Shown here: positions 20,370-29,769 of the stretch, piece after piece
How the letters are laid out: each line of letters opens with the position of its first letter
Position numbering within the stretch: the stretch's first letter is position 1
NCBI GenBank assembly: GCA_964529415.1
Contig: CAZGWD010000002.1
Location: 30,089 to 94,088 of the forward strand
Length of the DNA: 64,000 nt
Direction: 5' to 3'
Source of the DNA: an uncultured Leptospirales bacterium
GTDB taxonomy: Bacteria; Spirochaetota; UBA4802; UBA5550
Notes under the pieces: generated by a model
Database searches by the model: none
The model's input: the letters and a program-made list of their open reading frames with translations, nothing else
What the model was told of the DNA's origin: nothing
Translations under genes and position numbers: made by a program

Positions 20370-21851
20370 ATGGTACTATTATTACTTAAATTATATAATG
20401 TGGAGATGTCTACCATCAGTACCATCGGGACATATATGTATAACTTTTTTGTTGTACTCGCAGTAGCTGCGGTAATAATTCTTGTATACAGGAAGCTTGC
20501 ATCTATGGGATACCCCATAGTCCGGTTAAGGATATTTTTTATTATTATTTCCGTAACAGGACTGCCTTCAGGATTCATCAGCTCGCGCTCAGCCAATCTA
20601 TTCTATTATCCGTCGCAGCTGTGGACCCCGGAACTGTTATGGGAACTGGCATCCTCCAGAACAGCCCATACATTTCATGCAGGAATAATTCTTCCAGCAG
20701 TATTGATCATGCTGCTTATTCTAATCATGCAGTTTAAATTTCTCCGCACACTGGACACATTTTTTCTTTTTCTTCCGATAGGAAATGCCATAGGCAGATT
20801 AGCCTGTTTAAACGTAGGTTGTTGCTGGGGGAATTATATTCCTCTGATCCATTTCAATAATCCAACCCCTTTCTATGACATTCTTTGCAATGTGGGAATT
20901 TTCATCATATTGCGAAAAATTCATAAAGGCATGTATCTTTCAGGCAACCCCGATGAAGATTCCCGCGAAAGTGGAAAAATAACCGCTTTGTATTTAGTAA
21001 TGTATGGTGTATGCAGGTTTTTAATGGAATACTTCCGCACTGAGGAAATAATACGATGGGGATTAACCCAGGCTCAGATCGTGATGATTATTTTCATTAT
21101 ACTGGGAATTTTAATCCTGATTTTTATAACAATAAAAAACCTTCCAAAACCGGTTGCAGCAGCCAAGCCCATAAAACAGATGAAGTATTTTTATCCCGCT
21201 GCTTTTGTCGCATATTTCCTTATTTTCTTTTTGTTAATCACATTGCTTTTCTTTTCAGATATTGCTTCGTGGCCGCTTCGTCCTGCGGTCAGCGCACTGA
21301 AGCAATACCTTTCTGTATTATGGTTTCTTCCGATTTTCATTATTGAGATGAGCGCTATATTCTTTCTTGTTATAACAAAAATAGACTGGCGCCATTCATT
21401 TAAAATAAACAGGAAGGATTTTCGTGATCCGTTTTTTATCACAGGCGTGATAGTAAGTATAGCCTATGCTGCGTCTGTTTATATAATAAATATTTCTAAT
21501 GAAGAAAATGCAATACGGGGTATCGCATACTGGCCCCCTGTTGCGATTTTGTGTGCTCTCAATGCATTGTCTGAGGAAGTCTTTTTCCGTATGATTATTT
21601 TCAGACTTCTTGAAAAATCTGCTGTAAAACCTGTTGCAGCAAACCTGATACAGAGCCTGCTGTATTCAAGCGTGCATTTGGCAATCGGAGGCCCGAAGTT
21701 TGCTCTTTACAGCTTCGTTTACGGCATGCTGCTCGGCCAGATCTATAAACGAACCGGAAGTATAATTCCTCCGATAATATGCCATATTATTATTGATATA
21801 GGTGTAATTGGATATCCTATTCTTCAATACTGCGTATGTATAAACCGTTGA
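20370..21851 (+). CDS. lgt: Fusion of prolipoprotein diacylglyceryl transferase (Lgt) with a CPBP/CAAX-type intramembrane protease
   Basis: The N-terminal half has the Lgt signature GRLACLNVGCCWG. The C-terminal half has the three CPBP motifs EEVFFR, SSVHL and CHIIID (EExxxR, FxxxH, HxxxD). Confidence 0.65.
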   Translation: MVLLLLKLYNVEMSTISTIGTYMYNFFVVLAVAAVIILVYRKLASMGYPIVRLRIFFIIISVTGLPSGFISSRSANLFYYPSQLWTPELLWELASSRTAHTFHAGIILPAVLIMLLILIMQFKFLRTLDTFFLFLPIGNAIGRLACLNVGCCWGNYIPLIHFNNPTPFYDILCNVGIFIILRKIHKGMYLSGNPDEDSRESGKITALYLVMYGVCRFLMEYFRTEEIIRWGLTQAQIVMIIFIILGILILIFITIKNLPKPVAAAKPIKQMKYFYPAAFVAYFLIFFLLITLLFFSDIASWPLRPAVSALKQYLSVLWFLPIFIIEMSAIFFLVITKIDWRHSFKINRKDFRDPFFITGVIVSIAYAASVYIINISNEENAIRGIAYWPPVAILCALNALSEEVFFRMIIFRLLEKSAVKPVAANLIQSLLYSSVHLAIGGPKFALYSFVYGMLLGQIYKRTGSIIPPIICHIIIDIGVIGYPILQYCVCINR

Positions 21852-21943
21852 ATGAATTGAATTATTCAAAAAAATCTCTTGATATTTATATATTAGTAAG
21901 AATGTCATTAATAAATCAAAAGATTTACTAAGGATATAAGATT

Positions 21944-23791
21944 ATGAACCCGTTATCCCTATTGTCTTTCTTTGCTTTTCTGGTATGTCTTTATTTCGGA
22001 CTGCATACTATCCGGAAAGAACCAGGCGCAATTCTCAACCGCGTTTTTTTTGTTTATTGCCTTACAGGTCAGATATGGTCTTTTGGTTATGTCTTCGTTT
22101 ACTCGGCAACTGTTCCTGCTGATATATGGTTCTGGTATAGATTTTCCTCTTTCGGCTGGTGCTTTATACACTCAACCCTGCTGCTGTTTATACTGATTCT
22201 GACAGGCAAAAAAAAGCCCCTTTTCAAATGGTGGATTTACATTTTAATCTACACACCTTCAATAGTTCTTCTTTACCGTTCATTAACCGGCATACTTATT
22301 GCAAAGGAATTTTATCCGACTCCATGGGGCAACGCCGAGATACTTGCATCCGATACTTTATGGTTTAACTTATATGCAGTCTACAACATCACATATCTTA
22401 TTCTCGGATGCGTAATTTTATGGAGATGGGCCGGAGCATCAGAATACACCCGCCATAAAAAGCAGGCAAAAATCATAATTATAAGCACCTTGTCATGCTT
22501 TATTGCAGCTTCATTTTGCAATATGGTAATTCCTGCAATGAAAATAAAATTTCCGGCCATTGGTGCGATATTTGCACTGGGAATCATTTTCGGAGCATGG
22601 TGGGCCATGTCGCGATACAAACTTCTAGTTATAACGCCGGAAATTGCTGCAGGCGAGATCATTTCAAAGATGATGGACATAATGATTCTTTCAGATGCAC
22701 AGGATAATATTATTTCTGTAAACAGGCAGACTGAAGATTTGCTCGGATACAGTTCAAACGAATTAAAGAAAAAGTCGTTGCTTGATCTAATTTACGAAAG
22801 TGAAGCATTCATTGAAAAATTAAAACCGGTCAAGAATGCCAAAAATACAAACTTTCAATTCGACGGCAATCTGATAACACACAAGGAAACGCACATACCA
22901 GTTAAAATTTTCTGTTCAGACATTAAAGACATGGCTGGAGAAGTTGTAGGTATAGTTGCGGTAGCTCATGATCAGCGGGATACGATCAATCTCGAATCGA
23001 CACTTAAAGAACTGCAGAAGACAAACCAGACATTAATTTTAACCAGGGATGCCCTCTGGGGTGAAATGCAGATTGCTAAAAAAATCCAGACAGTGCTTCT
23101 TCCTCTGAAACCAAAAATACATGGTTATCAGATTTCGGCATATCTTAAACCAGCTGATGAAGTCGGCGGAGATTATTATGATGTATTAAATATTGACGGA
23201 AGAGACTGGCTTATAATCGGAGATGTTTCCGGTCACGGGGTTCCAGCCGGGCTTGTAATGATGATGGTACAAACCGCTATACACGTAACCATAATAAATT
23301 TTCCGGATATAGCTCCTTCCGAGCTGCTATATAAAATCAACACTGCAATAACCGGCAACATCAATAAAATGGGCGAAAATAAGTATATGACGATCACAGT
23401 TTTCGCAATTCATCAGGGCGGGGAATTGACTTTCTCCGGACTGCATCAGGACCTGTTAATTTACCGCAATGCAACAGATACTATAGATGTTATTGAAACA
23501 AACGGAACGTGGATAGGAATTACGGATAATATCCGCGGAATAATGAAAGATGATTTCATCAAAATGGAAATTGGAGATATTCTGCTTCTGTTTACTGATG
23601 GTATTACAGAGTCTTGTGAAAAAAGAACTAAAAACGGAATCTGTATGTTTGGCGATGACAAACTAATAGAAACCTTTCACAAATCATGTAAAAAACAGGT
23701 GAAAGAAATATCAGATAGCATTATTGATGCTCTTGTAAATTACGAATGCACGGATGATATCACGATTGTGATTTTAAGAAGAGATCAATAG
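21944..23791 (+). CDS. Membrane sensor PP2C/SpoIIE phosphatase (N-terminal 7TM, PAS, PP2C)
   Basis: About 7 TM helices, a PAS-like segment (DIMILSDAQDNIISVNRQTEDLLGYSSNEL), and PP2C motifs (GGDYYDV...GDVSGHGVPAG...FTDGITE). Confidence 0.75.
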   Translation: MNPLSLLSFFAFLVCLYFGLHTIRKEPGAILNRVFFVYCLTGQIWSFGYVFVYSATVPADIWFWYRFSSFGWCFIHSTLLLFILILTGKKKPLFKWWIYILIYTPSIVLLYRSLTGILIAKEFYPTPWGNAEILASDTLWFNLYAVYNITYLILGCVILWRWAGASEYTRHKKQAKIIIISTLSCFIAASFCNMVIPAMKIKFPAIGAIFALGIIFGAWWAMSRYKLLVITPEIAAGEIISKMMDIMILSDAQDNIISVNRQTEDLLGYSSNELKKKSLLDLIYESEAFIEKLKPVKNAKNTNFQFDGNLITHKETHIPVKIFCSDIKDMAGEVVGIVAVAHDQRDTINLESTLKELQKTNQTLILTRDALWGEMQIAKKIQTVLLPLKPKIHGYQISAYLKPADEVGGDYYDVLNIDGRDWLIIGDVSGHGVPAGLVMMMVQTAIHVTIINFPDIAPSELLYKINTAITGNINKMGENKYMTITVFAIHQGGELTFSGLHQDLLIYRNATDTIDVIETNGTWIGITDNIRGIMKDDFIKMEIGDILLLFTDGITESCEKRTKNGICMFGDDKLIETFHKSCKKQVKEISDSIIDALVNYECTDDITIVILRRDQ

Positions 23792-23862
23792 CTTGTTATT
23801 CAAATTGTAATAATAATTATATAATTATTAAACTTTAACTTCAGGAAAGGAAAAAGTTATAA

Positions 23863-25242
23863 ATGAAACCATTTCAGATTTTAGACAGCCAGATTAAAGG
23901 ATGGAAATCAATTATAAAACAATTGGAACATCCATATTTTTCATATTTTCTAATGAGATTTATCGCTCATCCCAAATTATTTTATGAAACTGATGCCAAT
24001 AAAGATAACAGGTATGGTTTTATGAAAGCAGGCGGAGGTTATGCAACGCCCAGAGAGCTGATTGCTCAAAAATATATGATAAAGGCTTTCCTGGAATCTG
24101 CAGGGGAAGCACGCACAGCGGATTTAAACAATGAACCTGTAATCTGGTTTGACTGGCCGGCTCCTGTAGAAATACTGAAGGCATTTAATGTTGCTTATTT
24201 CTGTCAGTCATTTTTCATGTTCGCATCACAGAGCAAAGGCGGACGGGGCGTAATAGAACAAATTGACGCCTGTGAGGATGAAAGAATAACCTCTGATTTA
24301 TGCAGTATGACCAGGATCTCATTCGGCGCCTATTTAACGGAGCAAATACCACGTCCGTCAGCTATTATAGGCACCGCCCACCCCTGTGATTCCGCCAGAA
24401 GTGTAAATCAGCTTTATGATTATTATACAGGTGTTCCAACATTTACTCTGGATACGCCGTATGGAAGGGATGAAGATTCACTTAACCATTACGCAGAAAA
24501 CGTATGGGAGATGATACGGTTTCTGGAGAACCATCTTGGAAAAAAAATAAACTGGGATAAACTAAAAAGCGTCATAGAAGAAGTAAATAAATATAATTAT
24601 TATTTCAGGGAAGTTACAATGATGCATAGAGCTATACCATCTCCCGGACTGGTTTTGCCTGAAATAATATCCTGGATAACAAATATATTTGCCTCTGGCT
24701 CCAAAAACCTGACTGCAATGGCAAAAATATATTATGAAATTTCAAAGAGAAGGATTAAAAAACCAAATTTTTTACGGGCAAGGAAGGAGAAAATAAGGGT
24801 TTTAATATGCGATACAACAGTGGTATTTACAGAGCTGTTCAGCTGGATGAAAAAAGAATTTGGCGCTGTTGTAGTCGGGGATTATGTTGGGGATAGAATA
24901 AACCCTGAAATTGATACATCTACACATGAGTCAATGGTAAAAGGGATTGCAGCGGATAAATTGTATATGGGCATGATAAGGCAGGCGCATGGTCCTATTG
25001 AATTTACCACAGAGGAATTAACAAGAAATATTGAAAATTTTTCAGCAGACTGCGTTATTTTCAATGGGCATATAAGCTGTAAATTCAACAGCTCTTCTCA
25101 AAAAATAATTAAAGATACATGCAAAAAAGCTGGAGTACCAGCACTTTTTATGGAGGTTGATATTTATGACCAGAGGGTAGTTCCGGAAAAAGAGATGCAG
25201 CGTCAAATTAAAGAATTTTTTGTTACAAATGGATTGATATAA
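23863..25242 (+). CDS. 2-hydroxyacyl-CoA dehydratase / benzoyl-CoA reductase family subunit (HGD-D fold), large
   Basis: 459 aa with HgdB/BcrB-like organisation (...PVEILKAFNVAYF...). First gene of a tight operon. Confidence 0.7.
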   Translation: MKPFQILDSQIKGWKSIIKQLEHPYFSYFLMRFIAHPKLFYETDANKDNRYGFMKAGGGYATPRELIAQKYMIKAFLESAGEARTADLNNEPVIWFDWPAPVEILKAFNVAYFCQSFFMFASQSKGGRGVIEQIDACEDERITSDLCSMTRISFGAYLTEQIPRPSAIIGTAHPCDSARSVNQLYDYYTGVPTFTLDTPYGRDEDSLNHYAENVWEMIRFLENHLGKKINWDKLKSVIEEVNKYNYYFREVTMMHRAIPSPGLVLPEIISWITNIFASGSKNLTAMAKIYYEISKRRIKKPNFLRARKEKIRVLICDTTVVFTELFSWMKKEFGAVVVGDYVGDRINPEIDTSTHESMVKGIAADKLYMGMIRQAHGPIEFTTEELTRNIENFSADCVIFNGHISCKFNSSSQKIIKDTCKKAGVPALFMEVDIYDQRVVPEKEMQRQIKEFFVTNGLI

Positions 25243-26391
25243 ATGCAAACACTAAAAGAGATAAAACAAATTTCAGAAAGTTTATTTAATTCACATCTTG
25301 AAAAAGCGAAGCAGGATGGAAAAAAAATAATAGGATATTTCTGTACTTATGTTCCAGAAGAGCTTATTCACGCAGCCGGTTTTATACCATATCGCATGCG
25401 TGCGGTCGGAAGCACGGGAACTACGTTAGGGGATACATACTATTCTTCAAAAAACTGCAGTTACGTGAGACATTGCTTTGATCTGGCACTGCAGGGAAAT
25501 TTTCATTTCCTGGATGGAGTCATTTTCATGAACGGCTGCGATCACAACAGAAGGATGTATGACAACTGGAGATATGCTGGAATTAAACCTGATTTTCTTT
25601 ATATGCTGCCTGTGCCGTATGTTCTTGCTGATCCATCTCTTAAACAGTATATTAATGAAATCAACAAGCTGAAAAAAAATATTGAAGACTATTATAAAAT
25701 AAATATTACTGATGAAGCTCTTGAAAAAGCCATAAAACTATATAATAAAAAAAGAAATCTGTTATCCGGAATATATGAAACCAGAAAACAGAAAAATGTT
25801 CCTATTAAAGGAAGCGAACTCCTTAGTGTAATGCTTGCAGTTACCGCGCTTCCTGTTGAAACCGCCAATGACATGTTAGAAAAGATTTTAATCGAATTAG
25901 ACGGCAGAGTGATATCAAATGACAATGATATAAGATTGTTTATTGCCGGAAACTGCATTGAAGAAAGTGAGCATATGGAATTAATTGAAGATTGCGGAGG
26001 TGTTATTGTTTCAGATAAAACATGTCTTGGTTCTGATTATATTGATTCAAATATCAAGGAAGACCTCGACCCTATTGTTGAAATTTCCAGAAGATATCTT
26101 AACCATCTTTCCTGTCCAAGAATGGTAGATGATTTTAGAAATAGATTAAAACATCTCGATACAATGATTAACCTTTATGATGTTGATGCTGTTATTCTGG
26201 ACAAGCTTGAGTTCTGTACATTGTTTACAATGGAATCTGTTTTATACCGCAAGGAATTAAAAAAAACAGGGCTTCCCGTACTTGCTTTTGACCGGGAATT
26301 CTACGGGGGCGGAACAGGACAGATTAAAACAAGAGTACAGGCATTTTTTGAAAAAGTAAGAAACAGACAAAAGACTTCAAAGGGCTTATGA
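25243..26391 (+). CDS. 2-hydroxyacyl-CoA dehydratase / benzoyl-CoA reductase family subunit (HGD-D fold), small
   Basis: 382 aa. It has the N-terminal motif IIGYFCTYVPEELIHAAGFIPYR, characteristic of HgdA/HgdB/BcrC with the cluster-ligand Cys. Its start abuts the upstream stop (TAAATG). Confidence 0.75.
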   Translation: MQTLKEIKQISESLFNSHLEKAKQDGKKIIGYFCTYVPEELIHAAGFIPYRMRAVGSTGTTLGDTYYSSKNCSYVRHCFDLALQGNFHFLDGVIFMNGCDHNRRMYDNWRYAGIKPDFLYMLPVPYVLADPSLKQYINEINKLKKNIEDYYKINITDEALEKAIKLYNKKRNLLSGIYETRKQKNVPIKGSELLSVMLAVTALPVETANDMLEKILIELDGRVISNDNDIRLFIAGNCIEESEHMELIEDCGGVIVSDKTCLGSDYIDSNIKEDLDPIVEISRRYLNHLSCPRMVDDFRNRLKHLDTMINLYDVDAVILDKLEFCTLFTMESVLYRKELKKTGLPVLAFDREFYGGGTGQIKTRVQAFFEKVRNRQKTSKGL

Positions 26392-26434
26392 AAGTATAAC
26401 AAATTGAAATTAATAATGTTTTTAAGGAATAAAA

Positions 26435-27214
26435 ATGATATTTGCCGGTTGTGATGTAGGTTCGCTGACCGCGAAAGCGGTTATCATTGAAAATTCCAGG
26501 ATTATTTCCAGGAAAATAATCCGCGCAAAAGCGACTGCCCTTAAATCTGCTAACGATGTAATGAATGAGGCATTACATGATATTGGACTTGAAATAAAAG
26601 ATATTGATTTTTGCTGCAGTACAGGGTATGGAAGATTTTCCATTCCCTACTCGAATATAAATAAAAGTGAAATATCCTGCCATGGTCTCGGCGCATTCTG
26701 GGTTGATAACTCTATAAGAACTGTAATAGATATCGGCGGACAGGATTGCAAAGCAGTTTCGATTGACGAGAATGGACTGGTTAACGATTTCATGATGAAT
26801 GAAAAATGCGCAGCAGGAACAGGCAGGAGTCTTGAAATTTTTTCCAGGACATTGGGACTTGAACTTGATGAACTTGGACCAATTTCACTTGAATCAAAAA
26901 AAAAGATTGAGATATCAAATAAATGCAGCATTTTCATGGAACTGGATATAATACAGCAGCTATATCATAAAAGTAAAAAATGTGATATAGCGCGGGCCGT
27001 CAACAGCGCTGTAGCCCAAAGGGTTATTCACCTTGCAAGATCAATAGATATAAAACCTGATATTTGCATAACAGGCGGGGTCTCAAAAAATGCAGGTGTT
27101 GTAAAAATACTTGAAGAACTCCTGAATATGAAATTTAAAATTTTATCAGAGGATCCTCAATTGATTGGAGCAATAGGCGCTGCTGTTTTTGCAGAACAGG
27201 AATATAAATTATAA
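26435..27214 (+). CDS. CoA-substrate-specific enzyme activase (HgdC/BcrA/BcrD-type ASKHA ATPase), copy 1
   Basis: Alignable throughout to HgdC: CDVGSLTAK...TGYGR...DIGGQDCKAV...EKCAAGTGR...CSIFME...ITGGVSKN. Both [4Fe-4S]-bridging cysteines are present. Confidence 0.85.
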   Translation: MIFAGCDVGSLTAKAVIIENSRIISRKIIRAKATALKSANDVMNEALHDIGLEIKDIDFCCSTGYGRFSIPYSNINKSEISCHGLGAFWVDNSIRTVIDIGGQDCKAVSIDENGLVNDFMMNEKCAAGTGRSLEIFSRTLGLELDELGPISLESKKKIEISNKCSIFMELDIIQQLYHKSKKCDIARAVNSAVAQRVIHLARSIDIKPDICITGGVSKNAGVVKILEELLNMKFKILSEDPQLIGAIGAAVFAEQEYKL

Positions 27215-27278
27215 ATCCGGCATTTGATGATGAACTATTCCAGTTGACAATTATAATAACACAAGGAAAAGGCAAAGT

Positions 27279-28076
27279 ATGATAACCATGGGCTATGATA
27301 TTGGAACCCGGTTTATAAAAACATGCATAGTGGAAGATAACAAAATATTAGGCTTTTCGATCAGGGAAACCGGCATGGATTTAAAAAAATCGATTGATGA
27401 ATCTTCTTTTTCTGCAATTGAAATGGCAGGTATAAAAAAAAGAAAAATAGCAAAATCAGCAGCTACAGGTTATGGATGTGAAATGCTTGAAAAAACAGCC
27501 GCCACAATCAGTGAGGATGTATGCCTTGTAAAAGCGGCATATCACCTTGACAGGAATATCAATACTGTTATTGATGTTGGCGGATTATTTATTCATATAG
27601 CTACTGTCATCAGTGGAGGACGGGTCGGGGATCATTGCGAAAATGAAAAGTGTGCAGCAGGAAGCGGAAAATTTCTTGAGATAATTTCAGAAGCAGTTGA
27701 TATTCCTATTGCATCAATTTCTGAAACTGCATTAAAATCATCAAATCCATATGCCCTGTCAAACAGCTGTTCGGTATTTGCCGAGAGTGAAGTTATTTCT
27801 CAAATAAATGCAGGCACTGACAGTTCTGATATTATTGCAGGTGTCATCAATACTATAGCTGAAAAAATTGCAACTTTGATAAACAGGATCGAGGCTCCTG
27901 ATAAAATTGCAGTTGCAGGCGGAGTGGCAAAAATAGAAGCCTTTAGAATAATACTTGAGAAGGTCTTAAACAGAAAAATTTTCACTTTGCCTGTAGATTT
28001 TCAAATTGTTACAGCATATGGAGCAGCATTGCATGCCCAGGATAAACCTGTAAAAAAGAACAAGAGAAAAAACTGA
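27279..28076 (+). CDS. CoA-substrate-specific enzyme activase paralogue, copy 2 (divergent nucleotide motif)
   Basis: Same fold (YDIGTRFIK...TGYGCE...EKCAAGSGK...CSVFAESEVISQ...AGGVAK). DVGGLFIHIA replaces the DIGGQD motif. Both cluster cysteines are retained. Confidence 0.8.
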   Translation: MITMGYDIGTRFIKTCIVEDNKILGFSIRETGMDLKKSIDESSFSAIEMAGIKKRKIAKSAATGYGCEMLEKTAATISEDVCLVKAAYHLDRNINTVIDVGGLFIHIATVISGGRVGDHCENEKCAAGSGKFLEIISEAVDIPIASISETALKSSNPYALSNSCSVFAESEVISQINAGTDSSDIIAGVINTIAEKIATLINRIEAPDKIAVAGGVAKIEAFRIILEKVLNRKIFTLPVDFQIVTAYGAALHAQDKPVKKNKRKN

Positions 28077-28852
28077 TGTTTGCTGAACAACAGAAAGAAT
28101 CAAAAAATATATCAGAATTTCAGGACCATTCTTATCTTATTAAAAAATGTTATGATCTGCTATACGATGCTGAAAATAATTTTACAGAATACAAGTGGAA
28201 AAATATAAAGGATTTAAAAAAAACAGGTTTTAATAAAAAAAAGAAAGGGAAATCTTTTATTGTAATGGCAGAAGATACATCAGTTGAACTTGGTTCACCT
28301 GAAAATATCTCAATAAGCTGTGTCTTGTGGACTAAAGAAAATTTGCTTATCAAGAATAGCATATGGATTGCCGGAAAGGAATTATCGCAAATCAAGGGGA
28401 AATCTGTATCATTTCTGCAGGTTATAATGATTCAGCCGGGTGATGAAGATGATCCGACTGACCCGCTGCTTCAGGGATTAAAAAACCTTTCAAATAAAAT
28501 TCCAGGATTAATGACACGCAGTATAACCGGTAAAATGTGGATACGAATACATAAAGATCTGATGAAAAAAAAATTCACTCTGTATTCTTTGGGTAAATAT
28601 CTGCACGAAGCATATAAAGAATCAATGCCGAATATTAAAGGAATTGATATTATTCTATGTGCTGATGATCCGCAGATTATTTCAAAATTTGAGCCAATCT
28701 ATAAAACAACAAAAATAATCAACGGTGAAAATCAAAAACTAAAATGGGTAGAAGATGGTGTTGTATCCTGTGAAGAGCTTAATTGCAATACCTGCGAAGA
28801 ACAACCGGCGTGTGATATAATTAAAGATATTGTTGTAAAAAGGAAAAAGTAA
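28076..28852 (+). CDS. Cys-rich protein of unknown function (C-terminal Cx4Cx2Cx5C)
   Basis: Its start overlaps the upstream stop (TGATG). The C-terminus reads SCEELNCNTCEEQPACD. No recognisable family. Confidence 0.5.
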   Translation: MFAEQQKESKNISEFQDHSYLIKKCYDLLYDAENNFTEYKWKNIKDLKKTGFNKKKKGKSFIVMAEDTSVELGSPENISISCVLWTKENLLIKNSIWIAGKELSQIKGKSVSFLQVIMIQPGDEDDPTDPLLQGLKNLSNKIPGLMTRSITGKMWIRIHKDLMKKKFTLYSLGKYLHEAYKESMPNIKGIDIILCADDPQIISKFEPIYKTTKIINGENQKLKWVEDGVVSCEELNCNTCEEQPACDIIKDIVVKRKK

Positions 28853-28854
28853 AA

Positions 28855-29637
28855 TTGGAAAAAATAAATAAAAATAAATCTCCGGTAATTATTGCATACC
28901 TGGGTAAAGGCGGATCAGGAAAATCGATCCTTTCATCTATAACGGGTAAGATTGCCATTAATAAAAAGAAAAAAATACTTTTTATAGATGCCGATCCTGC
29001 TATGGGTTTAGCTACTGCTCTGGGAATAGATGGATTTAAGACAATAGGAGAGGCACGGGAAGAGATAATACAACAGGCTAAAATATCAAACACCGATGAA
29101 CATGTTTCAGAGATTATTGATTACCTGCTTCTTGAAGCTCTTTTCGAAACAAAAGATTTCAGCATGATAGTTATGGGGCAAACGCAAACAATTGGATGTT
29201 ACTGCCCAATCAATAATCTTTTAAAGGATACAATTGAAAAAATTTCATCTCATTATGATGTTGTTATTATTGATGCTGAAGCAGGCATTGAGCAGATTAA
29301 CAGACAGGTAACAGAGTCAGTTCATTACCCTTTAATTGTTACAGATAATTCCGTAAGAGGAGTACGAACTGCCATGCTTGTAAATGATGCCATTAAGCGG
29401 GCTCCAAAAATGACTCCAATCAATTCAGGGGTAATTTTCAACCGTATTGAAGGCGATGTTGATCATGATCTTCTGGAGATGATTAAAGGCGGATCTTTAT
29501 CCTTTTACGGCTCAATCCCTGCTGATAAAATTATTACTGAAAGAGACATGAAAGGTTTATCAGCACTGGAAATGCCGGAAGAAGCCATATCCATCAAGGC
29601 TCTTGAATTGATATTGAATAAAACAGGCATTTTATAA
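28855..29637 (+). CDS. CooC/AcsF-family metallocentre-insertion ATPase (MinD/ParA superfamily)
   Basis: Deviant Walker A (GKGGSGKS), IDADP, the signature CxC motif (TIGCYCP), and Walker B (DAEAGIEQ). It starts 3 nt after the upstream stop. Confidence 0.8.
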   Translation: MEKINKNKSPVIIAYLGKGGSGKSILSSITGKIAINKKKKILFIDADPAMGLATALGIDGFKTIGEAREEIIQQAKISNTDEHVSEIIDYLLLEALFETKDFSMIVMGQTQTIGCYCPINNLLKDTIEKISSHYDVVIIDAEAGIEQINRQVTESVHYPLIVTDNSVRGVRTAMLVNDAIKRAPKMTPINSGVIFNRIEGDVDHDLLEMIKGGSLSFYGSIPADKIITERDMKGLSALEMPEEAISIKALELILNKTGIL

Positions 29638-29769
29638 TTACGGGTCAACCGGATAGATAGTTTATTAAATTTTATGATCAGGACAATAAATTCACATGAA
29701 TCATATTATTGCAAAAGTCCTGAATACACTTATAAAGTATAGAACCAGGATAAAAGGTAAAGAATTGTA

